Of a stretch of DNA of 64,000 bases, positions 48,659 to 58,211 are shown piece after piece. The notes below the pieces were generated by a model. The model did not search any database. It was not told the DNA's origin and worked only from the letters and a program-made list of their open reading frames with translations. The translations under genes were made by a program, and so were the position numbers. Within the stretch, counting starts at the first letter, position 1, and every line of letters starts with the position of its first letter. Origin of the DNA: a virus; the IMG/VR virus record IMGVR_UViG_3300030012_001572, positions 32,130 through 96,129 of that record, one strand, 5' to 3'.

Positions 48659-49007
48659 ATGAATTACTCCTATAAGTTCCTAAATAATCTGCTTTATATC
48701 TTAAATATTTTAAACCATCTAAAACTACCATTTTTATTTCTTCTTCAAATGCACTAAAATCTCCAGCAAAAACAAAAGAAAGACTTGAACCTTGATAAAC
48801 ATTCCATGCTACTGCCTGTTCCTCATTTATTGTATCAAAAAATATAGCAATTTTTCCGTGTTCTATTTCGTCAAGACCCAATACTAAACCTTTTATTATC
48901 AAATCAACTTCATGTTGTTTTAAATCTCCATAGATTACAAATGTGAAACTTGTGGCTAAGCCATAGTTTTCTATCCAATGTTGGATTTGTTCATCATTAA
49001 ACATCAA
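48651..49007 (-). CDS. Hypothetical protein
   Basis: Coupled ORF. Confidence 0.45.
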   Translation of the reverse strand: MMFNDEQIQHWIENYGLATSFTFVIYGDLKQHEVDLIIKGLVLGLDEIEHGKIAIFFDTINEEQAVAWNVYQGSSLSFVFAGDFSAFEEEIKMVVLDGLKYLRYKADYLGTYRSNSYV

Positions 49008-49010
49008 TCC

Positions 49011-49454
49011 TCAATCCTGCATGTATTCTTCATTTTCCTTCCAATAACCATTAGGAGCGTTATTTGTCTCAAGCCAAAAAAAGTGTGCCGCAGTTATCCG
49101 CTTGTCGCCCCGATTTATAGCATTTTCTTCTGCATTGGCTATGAGATTAGCAATTGCAGTTTCAACCCATTCACTAATAAAATACTTTGCGCTATTTGAA
49201 ATAGTTAAATCTGTATTTTCTTTTATTAATTTAGTGACATTAATTTTGGTTGTTCGAGGAATTGGTTTTGGTGCAGGTTTCTCAGGAACTATTAATTGCC
49301 CATCAACAATGTAAGGACAGTATTTTCTCTCAATTAGTTTAGGTCTGCCCTGTTCATGTAAAATATTTTTTAAATGTGCATATCCATCACTATCAATTTT
49401 AATACATCTATATGTGGTCGTATCAATAATTGTCATTTGTCCTTGTTCAATCAT
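49011..49454 (-). CDS. Histone-fold protein with N-terminal extra domain
   Basis: VTKLIKENTDLTISNSAKYFISEWVETAIANLIANAEENAINRGDKRITAAH matches the archaeal histone fold. Confidence 0.7.
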   Translation of the reverse strand: MIEQGQMTIIDTTTYRCIKIDSDGYAHLKNILHEQGRPKLIERKYCPYIVDGQLIVPEKPAPKPIPRTTKINVTKLIKENTDLTISNSAKYFISEWVETAIANLIANAEENAINRGDKRITAAHFFWLETNNAPNGYWKENEEYMQD

Positions 49455-49827
49455 CCTTTTCCCTCGCTTGTTTTAAAATTGCTTCAATCAAAGAAACATC
49501 AGCACCGTTTTGTAAATGTTTTAGAGCCATCAAAACAATAGCCGTAATTCTTTGTGCTTCCGAAGAATCTGCCGACCATTGAGTTTCTTTATATTGAAGG
49601 TTTTGAAGAATCTTTTTACGAGTTTTTCCTTGTTCAAGGGGTTCTCCTAACACTTGCGCCCTTCTTTGATAAAGACCCTCTAAAGCAAGTTTATCTGTTT
49701 TCATTCTCGCATGTGCGCTACCAATAAAAGAACTTGTTTGTTTTAAACTTAATTCACTAATTTTGAATGCTCTCCCACTTGCGTTTGTTATGTATTTTGC
49801 ATTCCAATTTGCACCTTTATTTTTCAT
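49447..49827 (-). CDS. Hypothetical protein
   Basis: Coupled ORF. Confidence 0.45.
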   Translation of the reverse strand: MKNKGANWNAKYITNASGRAFKISELSLKQTSSFIGSAHARMKTDKLALEGLYQRRAQVLGEPLEQGKTRKKILQNLQYKETQWSADSSEAQRITAIVLMALKHLQNGADVSLIEAILKQAREKDD

Positions 49828-51353
49828 TCTAATCTCTCCACATCTTCTAATGTATTAATATCTGAAACAAACTTATCATCTCTAATTCTAACACATCTTG
49901 GGAATCTTAATCCTAAATTTCCTTCTGCATCACGACTGACTAAATCAGCCTTAACTTCTAAAACAACAACTGGTGAAACAAAGAATTGACCATCCTTAAA
50001 TGATTCAACATTTCTCCTTAGTGTATTAGTTAAATTGATTAAATCAGAATCACTAAATCCAGTTCCGCACCAACCAACAGAATGAAAACCATTATTAGCC
50101 TTCACCCCTAACTCGTAAGTGCCGAATACACTTGAGCGTTTTCCTTCTCCATATTTTGCTGAAAGGATAACAACATCAAGATTTATTTGCGGAGGTTTAT
50201 ATTTAGCCCAATAAACGGAGCGTTTGCCTGATTGATAAGGTTGGCTTGCATCTTTTACGATGATTCCTTCAAATCCTTCATTGATTGCTTCGTGATAAAA
50301 GGCCATAATATCACCTTCTGTAATTCTGTGTGCTTGGTTAGGGAGGTTTTTCATACGGTCAAGTCTTTGAGTATAAGTTAAATCCATTACTGTTTCGTCA
50401 TTGAGCATTAGACAATCAAAAATAACCCACTTAACTTTGACTCTCTCCATAGCCTCTTGAACATTTTTTGAGTGAACTCTTGTTCCCATTTGTTTATGAG
50501 GGGCAGGTGCGCCATTTTCCAAGATAGGATATATTTCACCATCTAAAATGGCGTTTTTTATGTCGTAGGTCTGAACAAGTTCAACAATATCAGGGAATTG
50601 ATTAGTTACAATTTTACCCTTGCGATTAAAAATCATCGTTTTTTCTCCATCAATATGTATTTGGTATCTGTTTCCGTCGTATTTGTAGTCCACTACAAAA
50701 TCAGTCGGCCACTTATTCATCGGAACTTCCTTAGCAAGCATAGGCTTGATGAATTTTCCGTAAGTTAGATTACAAGGAGGTTCTGTGCGTGTATCATAAC
50801 AAGCACAAACAGTTTCAATTGAATTAAAATTCAAATGTTTTTTGACGATTGCTAGTTTCTTTCCATAGTGTTTAGCAATAATCTTAGCAACTGTTCCTTG
50901 ATTAATACCGTTTCTTGGTGTTCTTAGCAAATATCTAACAAACCATCTTCGTTCATTTGCTGACATATTCTCAATAAGAGTTTCAACAACTCTAAATGAA
51001 TCAGAATCAATTTTTCCACAATCTGATTCTAATGCTCTCTTTACTGATAATATACCTGTTTCTATTTCTGTTTCTGCTGAAACATCAATATGATATACTG
51101 CTTCGCCTAAATCATTATGTGCCGCAAATAAACCAGAAACTTCATCATCAAAAATATCAAATATTTTTGCTACCCATTTCATAGCCTTTGCTAATCCTAA
51201 ATTGTTTGCCTGTAAAGTATCTTTATCTAAAATAGATAATACTAATCCTTTATTCTCAAAATTATCAAGACTTCTTGAAATCATCCCTATTTGTTGGGTT
51301 GGAATCATTTGGTCTGTCGCTTCTAACATTCTTGCCATTACTGCCCATGTCAT
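49824..51353 (-). CDS. lig: ATP-dependent DNA ligase
   Basis: KPMLA, YKYDGNR, LDGEI, FDCL, EGIIVK, WAKYK, LRFPRCVRIRDDK. Confidence 0.95.
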   Translation of the reverse strand: MTWAVMARMLEATDQMIPTQQIGMISRSLDNFENKGLVLSILDKDTLQANNLGLAKAMKWVAKIFDIFDDEVSGLFAAHNDLGEAVYHIDVSAETEIETGILSVKRALESDCGKIDSDSFRVVETLIENMSANERRWFVRYLLRTPRNGINQGTVAKIIAKHYGKKLAIVKKHLNFNSIETVCACYDTRTEPPCNLTYGKFIKPMLAKEVPMNKWPTDFVVDYKYDGNRYQIHIDGEKTMIFNRKGKIVTNQFPDIVELVQTYDIKNAILDGEIYPILENGAPAPHKQMGTRVHSKNVQEAMERVKVKWVIFDCLMLNDETVMDLTYTQRLDRMKNLPNQAHRITEGDIMAFYHEAINEGFEGIIVKDASQPYQSGKRSVYWAKYKPPQINLDVVILSAKYGEGKRSSVFGTYELGVKANNGFHSVGWCGTGFSDSDLINLTNTLRRNVESFKDGQFFVSPVVVLEVKADLVSRDAEGNLGLRFPRCVRIRDDKFVSDINTLEDVERLE

Positions 51354-51495
51354 TTATAATCATCTCCATATTTTTATTACAAGTTATTACCAGTTCTTTT
51401 AACAGGCGACTGATTTTCCCGTCATGCTTTTCAGCATAAGTCCACATAGCATTTGCTAAATAAATCCATTCATTCTTCTTCATTTGATTCACCAT
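51265..51495 (-). CDS. Hypothetical protein
   Basis: ORF in operon context. Confidence 0.4.
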   Translation of the reverse strand: MVNQMKKNEWIYLANAMWTYAEKHDGKISRLLKELVITCNKNMEMIINDMGSNGKNVRSDRPNDSNPTNRDDFKKS

Positions 51496-51835
51496 TTGGC
51501 GGTGTATTCAAGTTTTGAAGTAATCGTAAGAAATTAGACATTAATTGTTGAACAACAATAACTTCGTCTTGTTGTCCTCTTTCCATAAATCTATGCATCA
51601 TATGAATTAATGATGCTTGAGTCATAGCGGGGGCTATTTTAGCCAAAGAATTATTATTATATATCTCCCAATAACAAACAAAAGATGCTCTCGCTAGATA
51701 ATTACCGTTTGAAATATCATTATATCCCGCATTAAAATGTTCTAATGCAAGACCTTTCAAACGCTTCTTATTTTGTTTAGCCCACTCTTCAAACTTTTTA
51801 TTGTTTGTTGTAATCAAATATAACTTATTACTCAT
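51470..51835 (-). CDS. Hypothetical protein
   Basis: ORF in operon context. Confidence 0.45.
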   Translation of the reverse strand: MSNKLYLITTNNKKFEEWAKQNKKRLKGLALEHFNAGYNDISNGNYLARASFVCYWEIYNNNSLAKIAPAMTQASLIHMMHRFMERGQQDEVIVVQQLMSNFLRLLQNLNTPPNGESNEEE

Positions 51836-52212
51836 AGTAATACACCACCTGCTTTAATTGGACTATTAGGCTGACCTCTCATTAAAGCACGAATAGCCTC
51901 CCAAGCATGATAAGGTTCAATGTATTTCCCATTATGTTCTTTGCCTCCTATATCAAGATTAAATTGGATTACCTTTTTCAAATCTTCATGTAATTCATTT
52001 GAATCTTCTGAATCTAAAAAGGCTTGTATTTTAGTTTTCTTTTCTTCCCATTCTTCTTTTGCTCTTTTATGTTTATTAATAATAGCCTTTAAATTGGCTT
52101 CTTCTAATTTTCTATCTAATTCAGCCTCTATTTGCGCCCATTGATGAAACACTTCATTATGTTCTTCTTGAAGCCAATTTACTAATTCATCATATCTATT
52201 CATTCTTTTCAC
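51832..52212 (-). CDS. Hypothetical protein
   Basis: ORF in operon context. Confidence 0.45.
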   Translation of the reverse strand: MKRMNRYDELVNWLQEEHNEVFHQWAQIEAELDRKLEEANLKAIINKHKRAKEEWEEKKTKIQAFLDSEDSNELHEDLKKVIQFNLDIGGKEHNGKYIEPYHAWEAIRALMRGQPNSPIKAGGVLL

Positions 52213-52459
52213 CGTCCATAAATTCTCTCATCGCTTGATAAAATTTACCAAAACAAAGGTCAATATGTTCTTTTTGAACTCTACAACCTCTACCTCCCTT
52301 TGGAGGAACTTTCATTTCATCTTCAACATATTGTGCAAATAAATCAATGATTTTACCCGCACAAGTTCCAAATCTAGGAACTGCATTATTTCCATATTGT
52401 CTTTCTTCATTTGCTGCTCTAAGACTTACTTTAGCCTGAACATCACTCACTCTTTTCAT
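52196..52459 (-). CDS. Possible divergent histone-fold protein
   Basis: Short helix, long helix, then RVQKEHIDL (similar to the histone L2-alpha3 region). Confidence 0.4.
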   Translation of the reverse strand: MKRVSDVQAKVSLRAANEERQYGNNAVPRFGTCAGKIIDLFAQYVEDEMKVPPKGGRGCRVQKEHIDLCFGKFYQAMREFMDGEKNE

Positions 52460-52664
52460 TTAACTCTCTCCTTAATATTTGTTTTAATAATTCTGCTTCT
52501 TCCATATTCAAACGAATACCTTTATTTGTAGGTTTATTATTCCTATACCAACGAATATCCAAGACTTCAATATTCCAGTATTTGCCTCTTTTAATTTTAC
52601 ATTCCATGTTAGCATCACGGACAATAGTTCCTTTTACTTCTAATTCATCTGTCAGTTCATCCAC
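52443..52664 (-). CDS. PC4/YdbC-like ssDNA-binding protein
   Basis: VLDIRWY...KPTNKGIRLN. Confidence 0.75.
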   Translation of the reverse strand: MDELTDELEVKGTIVRDANMECKIKRGKYWNIEVLDIRWYRNNKPTNKGIRLNMEEAELLKQILRRELNEKSE

Positions 52665-53047
52665 CCCTGTTTGAATTTATCTAAGTCCTGTCTTGATGTA
52701 AAGTATCTCGGTGTATCTAATTCTGATAAACAATTTACAACCCAACATACACCACCTAAAGAAGAAATTTGGACAACTTCATATTGATTTCCATTTACTT
52801 CTAATACTTCACTTGTATTTATTTCAGGCACTAATCCATACTTTTTAGTTATTTCATTAGCAACATCATGTATATTATCAACAACATACTTTATTATATG
52901 CGCTCTTTGAATAGGAATCTTTGGTGCAACATCAAATTTAATTGAACCAGTCATATTACAGACTTTACATTTATGTCCTAAACAAATAGGGCATTGTATT
53001 TGTGCTTTATGCGGGGCAGGTAAAGTAACTGTAATTGCTTTTTTCAT
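52652..53047 (-). CDS. Zn-finger protein (DnaJ-type CxxCxG...CxxCxxTG)
   Basis: CPICLGHKCKVCNMTG. Confidence 0.5.
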   Translation of the reverse strand: MKKAITVTLPAPHKAQIQCPICLGHKCKVCNMTGSIKFDVAPKIPIQRAHIIKYVVDNIHDVANEITKKYGLVPEINTSEVLEVNGNQYEVVQISSLGGVCWVVNCLSELDTPRYFTSRQDLDKFKQGWMN

Positions 53048-53151
53048 TTATTCATCATCCTCACACATTTTTCACAAACACCATATCGTCTTAGGTAATA
53101 TGAATCAGTAGGCTTTATTCTTCTTTTACATCTATTACAATCCTCTATCAT
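53044..53151 (-). CDS. Tiny Zn-finger protein (35 aa)
   Basis: MIEDCNRC...VCEKC; ATGA coupling. Confidence 0.4.
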   Translation of the reverse strand: MIEDCNRCKRRIKPTDSYYLRRYGVCEKCVRMMNK

Positions 53152-53263
53152 TTTACTTTCCTCCGTTCAATCCTCATTACATTACCATCTCTTACAAGAA
53201 TAGTCATTGAACCGTCTTTGTAAACAATAGTCATTCTTACAATGTCTTTATCATCAAGCATAT

Positions 53264-54775
53264 TTATTCCTCCACTAATACTGCTACTTCCGTTGAATAG
53301 AATAACTGTGCAATTGACATAGCCGCTAAGAAACTATTTGCAGTTACTTTAACAGGGTCATAAACTCCTGCTTCATCTAAATCACCATAAGTATTACTTA
53401 ATGCATTATATCCCATGTTGGGATTATCTTTTCTCAGGGCTTTAATCTTTTTGCATAGAATATCGTCTTTAAAACCCCCATTGTTTTTAAGAACAACAAA
53501 TGGTCGCATTAGAGTATCTTTAAACCAATTAGGTATATTTTCTTGTTGTGCAATATCAAATAATGTCATACCACCACCAAGAACAATACCTGATTCTAAT
53601 GCTGCTTTAGTGGCATTCAAAGCATCATCAAGTCTCTCTTTAGTTTCCCTCATTTCCATAGAAGAAGAAGCACCAACCTTAATTGTTGCAACTCCGCCTT
53701 TTAATCTTGAAATACGAGATTTGATTCTTGCTAAATCATAACCTTTCATAGTTTTAGCAACATCTTTAAGACTTTTGATTCTATCATCTGCATTTCCTTC
53801 TGCTCCAATAAAAGTAGTGGTTTCCTTTGTAATAACCACTTTAGAACAACTACCGAAATCACTTGATGTAATTTGCTGTGCATTATCTTTACTTTCATGA
53901 TTATATACTTTACCACCGACCAAAGATTGAATATCACCTAATTCATCAATTTGAGCATCACCGAAGTTTGGAGCAAGTATAACTGCACATTCAACAGTTT
54001 TGTTAATCAAATTCATTACAAGATTATTTAATGCATTAGACTCCATACCTTTACAAAGAATCAATAGTGGTCGTCCTTGTGTTGAAGCATACTCAAGCAT
54101 AGGTAATATGTCTTTAAATGCTCTAAAAGGGATATTAGACATGAATATAAGAGGATTATCAAATTCAACTTTTCCTCCTTCTGTATTGCACATTAAGTGG
54201 CTAATATAACCTTCGGGAATCTCCATACCCTCTCTATGGATTAATTCAGTATTATAGTTATTAGATTCTTCAACGGTTACAATTCCATCTCTACCTACTA
54301 TATTTAATGCTTCTTGAATTAGTTTCCCTAATTCTTTATCATTATTTGCAGCAACAGTAGCCACATTAAGAATATCCCCATCACTAATTTCAATTGTTCT
54401 TTTCTCCAAAGAGTTTAGAACTGCTTGTTTTAGACCATTAAGTGTTTGATTCATAGTATGAGTGGATTCATTATCAAATCCCATTAATGAATGACAAATA
54501 GCCTGTGCAAGAATACAAGCAGTAGTAGTTCCATCTCCTGATTTATCTTGTGCTTGACTTGCTAAGTTTTGAACCATTTGAACTCCCATTTGAACATAAG
54601 GGTCTTCATGGGAAATATACTTTGTAATAGTTACTCCGTCATTAATAATTACTGGGGGATTATTTTGCAAAATAACTGTTTTTGCTTGTGGCCCAAGTGT
54701 AGGTTTTACTGTATTTGCTACTAAATCAATTCCTTCTAGCAGTTTATGTTTTACTTCTTTACCATTCAAAATCAA
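53264..54775 (-). CDS. groEL: Group I chaperonin GroEL
   Basis: TLGP, NDGVTI, GDGTTT, APNFGD, GGVATIKVGA, DALNAT, DPVKV. Confidence 0.95.
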   Translation of the reverse strand: MILNGKEVKHKLLEGIDLVANTVKPTLGPQAKTVILQNNPPVIINDGVTITKYISHEDPYVQMGVQMVQNLASQAQDKSGDGTTTACILAQAICHSLMGFDNESTHTMNQTLNGLKQAVLNSLEKRTIEISDGDILNVATVAANNDKELGKLIQEALNIVGRDGIVTVEESNNYNTELIHREGMEIPEGYISHLMCNTEGGKVEFDNPLIFMSNIPFRAFKDILPMLEYASTQGRPLLILCKGMESNALNNLVMNLINKTVECAVILAPNFGDAQIDELGDIQSLVGGKVYNHESKDNAQQITSSDFGSCSKVVITKETTTFIGAEGNADDRIKSLKDVAKTMKGYDLARIKSRISRLKGGVATIKVGASSSMEMRETKERLDDALNATKAALESGIVLGGGMTLFDIAQQENIPNWFKDTLMRPFVVLKNNGGFKDDILCKKIKALRKDNPNMGYNALSNTYGDLDEAGVYDPVKVTANSFLAAMSIAQLFYSTEVAVLVEE

Positions 54776-54990
54776 TCAATCACCGCCATTATGAAACTAC
54801 TGTGAAGAATAGTAAAACCATTTACTTCTTGATACTTTTGGTTTGTATCAAAAATAACTTTCTTTCCTTCTATATCAGGAAAATTAGGACAAGAAACACA
54901 AGTGCCTTCTCCATCGTTTTTAATTTGAATACCAGAACTATTTGTTGTATCTTCAATTAAAATAATTGCATATTCACCAACTGCTTTCAT
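54772..54990 (-). CDS. groES: GroES-like co-chaperonin
   Basis: MKAVGEYAII...SSGIQI...G..VS...KVIF...IMAV; coupled to groEL. Confidence 0.7.
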   Translation of the reverse strand: MKAVGEYAIILIEDTTNSSGIQIKNDGEGTCVSCPNFPDIEGKKVIFDTNQKYQEVNGFTILHSSFIMAVID

Positions 54991-55265
54991 TCTTCTTCAC
55001 CGACTTCATCATTTGTTGCTACACGAACCCAACCTTTATTCATATTTACATCTACATAAGTGTAAATATGGGTTTTATGAAACTCATCAAGGGCTTTATC
55101 CTTTTCAGTCTTTTTAGACCAAGTAATTCCCTTGTTTTCTCTTGGTTCATTTTTATCGTTAGGATGGCGCAATTGATGTGCCTTTGTTCTTTCTAACAAA
55201 GTCATTCTTGGTTGTATTTCTTGAACAAAATCTGTTTCTCCATATTTCTTTTTATTTCTTCTCAT
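54987..55265 (-). CDS. Hypothetical protein
   Basis: Coupled ORF. Confidence 0.45.
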   Translation of the reverse strand: MRRNKKKYGETDFVQEIQPRMTLLERTKAHQLRHPNDKNEPRENKGITWSKKTEKDKALDEFHKTHIYTYVDVNMNKGWVRVATNDEVGEEE

Positions 55266-55927
55266 TCTTCTTCATCTCCTTTCTTTACCCATGTTTGTGT
55301 TCTTTCTAATTCACCATTACGATAAATGTCTAATTCATTTGGTCTTGAATTTGTCCAAAAACCATAATGACCTGCTCCATTGTCAGTAAGTGGCTTACTA
55401 CCAAGAACATATGCACTTTCCATTTGTGTTTCCCAAATAGAAACTGTTCTAATATCCGTTCCGCTAAAATAAGCACTACCGAATGGATGAGTATGAATCC
55501 AACATCTAATCGGCAAAGACATACCAATAGGCGGTCTTAATCCAAATTCAACATATCCTGCTGAACCAGTAGAAACAAAACATTTATTCTTTCCATCAAT
55601 AACAACTTGAACTTCTAAATTAGGAAGTATTTCTGTTGAAGCCGCCCAAATAGCGGTATGGAAATCTTCATTGTGTTGTGCAATATCCAATACTTCTTCA
55701 AAAGGAACACCGCAATTTTCAGCATTATTTTCAGAAATTATTTTATAATGGGCTAGAATAGATTGTTCTGCCTCTTTTCTTTTAATTTCTAATTCTTCCG
55801 CCCATCTTTGGATTTCTTCATCAGAAGGTTCATAATCATTACAACAAGGATTTTTTCCTCCATAATAAATTAAATTACCACATCTTACGCATTCATCAGC
55901 ACTTGCATTTTTACCCATTTTATTCAC
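55262..55927 (-). CDS. JAB/MPN+ (JAMM) metalloprotease
   Basis: LEVQ ... WIHTHPFGSAYFSGTD fits E...HxH-x7-S-x2-D; N-terminal Cys cluster. Confidence 0.85.
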   Translation of the reverse strand: MNKMGKNASADECVRCGNLIYYGGKNPCCNDYEPSDEEIQRWAEELEIKRKEAEQSILAHYKIISENNAENCGVPFEEVLDIAQHNEDFHTAIWAASTEILPNLEVQVVIDGKNKCFVSTGSAGYVEFGLRPPIGMSLPIRCWIHTHPFGSAYFSGTDIRTVSIWETQMESAYVLGSKPLTDNGAGHYGFWTNSRPNELDIYRNGELERTQTWVKKGDEEE

Positions 55928-57044
55928 CCCTCATTCTCTTGAGTTTGTTCTCCAACTTAGCCACTTTCTTTTGTTGTTTTCGCAGTTTCCTTCGCTTCCA
56001 GTAGCCCATATTTCTGATTGCGTCCTCTTTTCTCTTACGCTCGTTAATGGCGTTAGCGGCCTCCATAAGCAGGTCAATATGAGAGGGTTCTGTGCTATCA
56101 ATAATCAATTCTAAACGCTTTGCGAGTAGATAATAAGGCATTTCAAAGTATTCTCTTGCTTCATCAATTGACATGGTATGCCAGTTAATGAGAAGATAAA
56201 GGTCTTGTTCTCTTGTAAATTCAATTGGCATAATTTTGTTCAGCAAAGGAATATCAGGATTTTCTGTTATCTCAATAATCGTTTCCTCGCCTTGTGGATA
56301 AATCAAAGTGTGTTCTTTTGGTTCTGTTACTTCTTGTTTAGAATTTAGAACCTTAACATTCTTTTTACGAGGCTTTACTTCAACAGGAGTTTCAGCAGCC
56401 TTTAATGCAAGGATTTCATTAATCTTATCACATGCTTCTCCTTTTGTGTAATTACCCTTCATACCTTTAGCAAGAGTATTTACTTCTTTTTGAGTAGCAT
56501 CAGGTGAAAGAGTTAATGAAGCCAAATAACGCAATTGTTTGCGTGTAGCATCTTCTTCTCTCCAATCCTCGGATTCATTTTCCTCAATTGTTTGTTGGAT
56601 TATTTTTTCCTCAACTTTATCCTTTCTTGTCTTCAAAGGATTAAAAGTAGTAGGTTCAGGATTTAGCATTCTTTCAGCCAATGCTTGAATTTTTCCTGAT
56701 GGTTTTCTCTTTGCTAAACAATTCTTCAATTGAACATCACTAAGTTTGTAATCAAACTCTTCTTCAAATGCTTGCTTTATTCTGTCAATAGTCATACTAT
56801 TCCAAAGACAAGAGAAAACGAAATCAACTTTCTTTTGATTCCAATAAATCGGCTTACGAGCCGTTTTTCTTGTTCTTGGGTTTCCAGTAAGAGACTTGTA
56901 TTTTTGAGCGATTGTTCCCACAGTTCGCTTAACACCAAATTTTGCTGACATTAATTCAGCAATCTTACTGTATTCTACTTTATCCTCTCGTTTTACCAAA
57001 AGGTATGCTTCTTGTTCTTTTGTCCATTTTGCCATTATTTTCAT
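55920..57044 (-). CDS. Multi-domain Myb/HTH-like DNA-binding protein
   Basis: WTKEQEAYL, YWNQKK and FTREQDLYL repeats; ATRKQLRYL motif. Confidence 0.55.
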   Translation of the reverse strand: MKIMAKWTKEQEAYLLVKREDKVEYSKIAELMSAKFGVKRTVGTIAQKYKSLTGNPRTRKTARKPIYWNQKKVDFVFSCLWNSMTIDRIKQAFEEEFDYKLSDVQLKNCLAKRKPSGKIQALAERMLNPEPTTFNPLKTRKDKVEEKIIQQTIEENESEDWREEDATRKQLRYLASLTLSPDATQKEVNTLAKGMKGNYTKGEACDKINEILALKAAETPVEVKPRKKNVKVLNSKQEVTEPKEHTLIYPQGEETIIEITENPDIPLLNKIMPIEFTREQDLYLLINWHTMSIDEAREYFEMPYYLLAKRLELIIDSTEPSHIDLLMEAANAINERKRKEDAIRNMGYWKRRKLRKQQKKVAKLENKLKRMRGE

Positions 57045-57048
57045 CTCC

Positions 57049-57606
57049 TTATGCGTTTATTACCATATATTCTTTTACTTGTTCATTATTAAAATATCTT
57101 TGAATCCATTGTGCGCCAATTCCTGCTATTGCTATTTGCATGAATTGAACACCATTATTTGTTCCATCCCATGAATCTCCTTGACAACTAAATGAGCCTT
57201 CTTCACCTGCCAAAAGCATATCATACATTTTAGGGTCTGCGTTATGACTCACAAGTGCCGCATTTCTACCTTGCGCTCGTAAGTCAAGCCATTTAAGACT
57301 TGTGTTGTATAAGGTTCGCCTTACTGACAAGTTATCAACACAACAGATTACCAAATCATAGCCTTCCATTTGTTTTTCAGTTAAAATTGGATATTTAGAA
57401 CCAACCATAACCGATTTATATTTATTTGCTATTGCTTGAACCTTTAGTTCTCCAACATCATTAATATCAAAGTTTTGATATGTAATGTTTTTCTTTTCAA
57501 CAGAATCGGGGTCAGCCACCGTAATGTTGTATAGTTCTACTTTATCTAAGAACTGAATCAAAAATGACCCAATTCCGCCTGTTCCTATAATTAATACTTT
57601 TCTCAT
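57049..57606 (-). CDS. E1-like ThiF-family activating enzyme
   Basis: IIGTGGIGS, DPDSVEKKNITYQ, VGELKV, CCVDNLSVR, WLD, SFSC (putative catalytic Cys). Confidence 0.9.
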   Translation of the reverse strand: MRKVLIIGTGGIGSFLIQFLDKVELYNITVADPDSVEKKNITYQNFDINDVGELKVQAIANKYKSVMVGSKYPILTEKQMEGYDLVICCVDNLSVRRTLYNTSLKWLDLRAQGRNAALVSHNADPKMYDMLLAGEEGSFSCQGDSWDGTNNGVQFMQIAIAGIGAQWIQRYFNNEQVKEYMVINA

Positions 57607-57608
57607 AT

Positions 57609-57869
57609 TTATTTCTCCTTTTTCTTATTTCTATTCTTTCTTTTTCTTTGTGTTTGGTTAGTTCTAAGCATTCCTGCTTTTGTTTTTTCTAACATGATTT
57701 TACGATTTGCCTGTTGTATAGGGTCATCTGATTCTTTCGGGATAATTCTAGGCTTTCTAACATCACCTGCTTTTCTCCTTGCAACACAATCAGGACACAT
57801 ACAAGTATCTGTTCCAATTATTTGTGTTCCTTTCTTTTCCATTTCCTTAATAAATTCATCAAAATTCAT
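57609..57869 (-). CDS. Small basic Cys-containing protein
   Basis: CMCPDC; K/R-rich tail. Confidence 0.45.
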   Translation of the reverse strand: MNFDEFIKEMEKKGTQIIGTDTCMCPDCVARRKAGDVRKPRIIPKESDDPIQQANRKIMLEKTKAGMLRTNQTQRKRKNRNKKKEK

Positions 57870-57878
57870 ATTATCACC

Positions 57879-58211
57879 TTAAAACGATTTACCATGCATA
57901 AACTCACGACTTTTGTTATATTCTAACTTAGCGAGAATCGCACCCGCTATATCTAAATCTTTACCAAATGCGTAATCCATTATACGAATTACCGCATCTG
58001 CTAATTCTTCTTCAAGATTAGTAAATTCCATAATCTTATTTGATGAGGGATTACCCTCTCTTAATGCTTCTAATGCTTCACTAATCTCGGCATGAATTAA
58101 AGCCATTCTTTCTCCATCATTTACTTCTTCTTTCCAGAATCCATGATTAACTGCATTCTTATATACTTGTTTTGCTATTTTATTCCATTCTTTTTCAAAC
58201 ATTTTTACCAC
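57879..58211 (-). CDS. MazG-like NTP pyrophosphatase
   Basis: LIHAEISEALEA, EEELADAVIRIMD, KLEYN..R. Confidence 0.85.
   Translation of the reverse strand: MVKMFEKEWNKIAKQVYKNAVNHGFWKEEVNDGERMALIHAEISEALEALREGNPSSNKIMEFTNLEEELADAVIRIMDYAFGKDLDIAGAILAKLEYNKSREFMHGKSF

Noticed and set aside
57049-57606. Thiamine/molybdopterin biosynthesis auxiliary gene
   Set aside because: No thiG, moaE or thiolase partner in the window; lacks the Zn-binding CxxC pairs; JAB and a masked-GG Ubl are nearby. A sulfur-carrier role is not fully excluded
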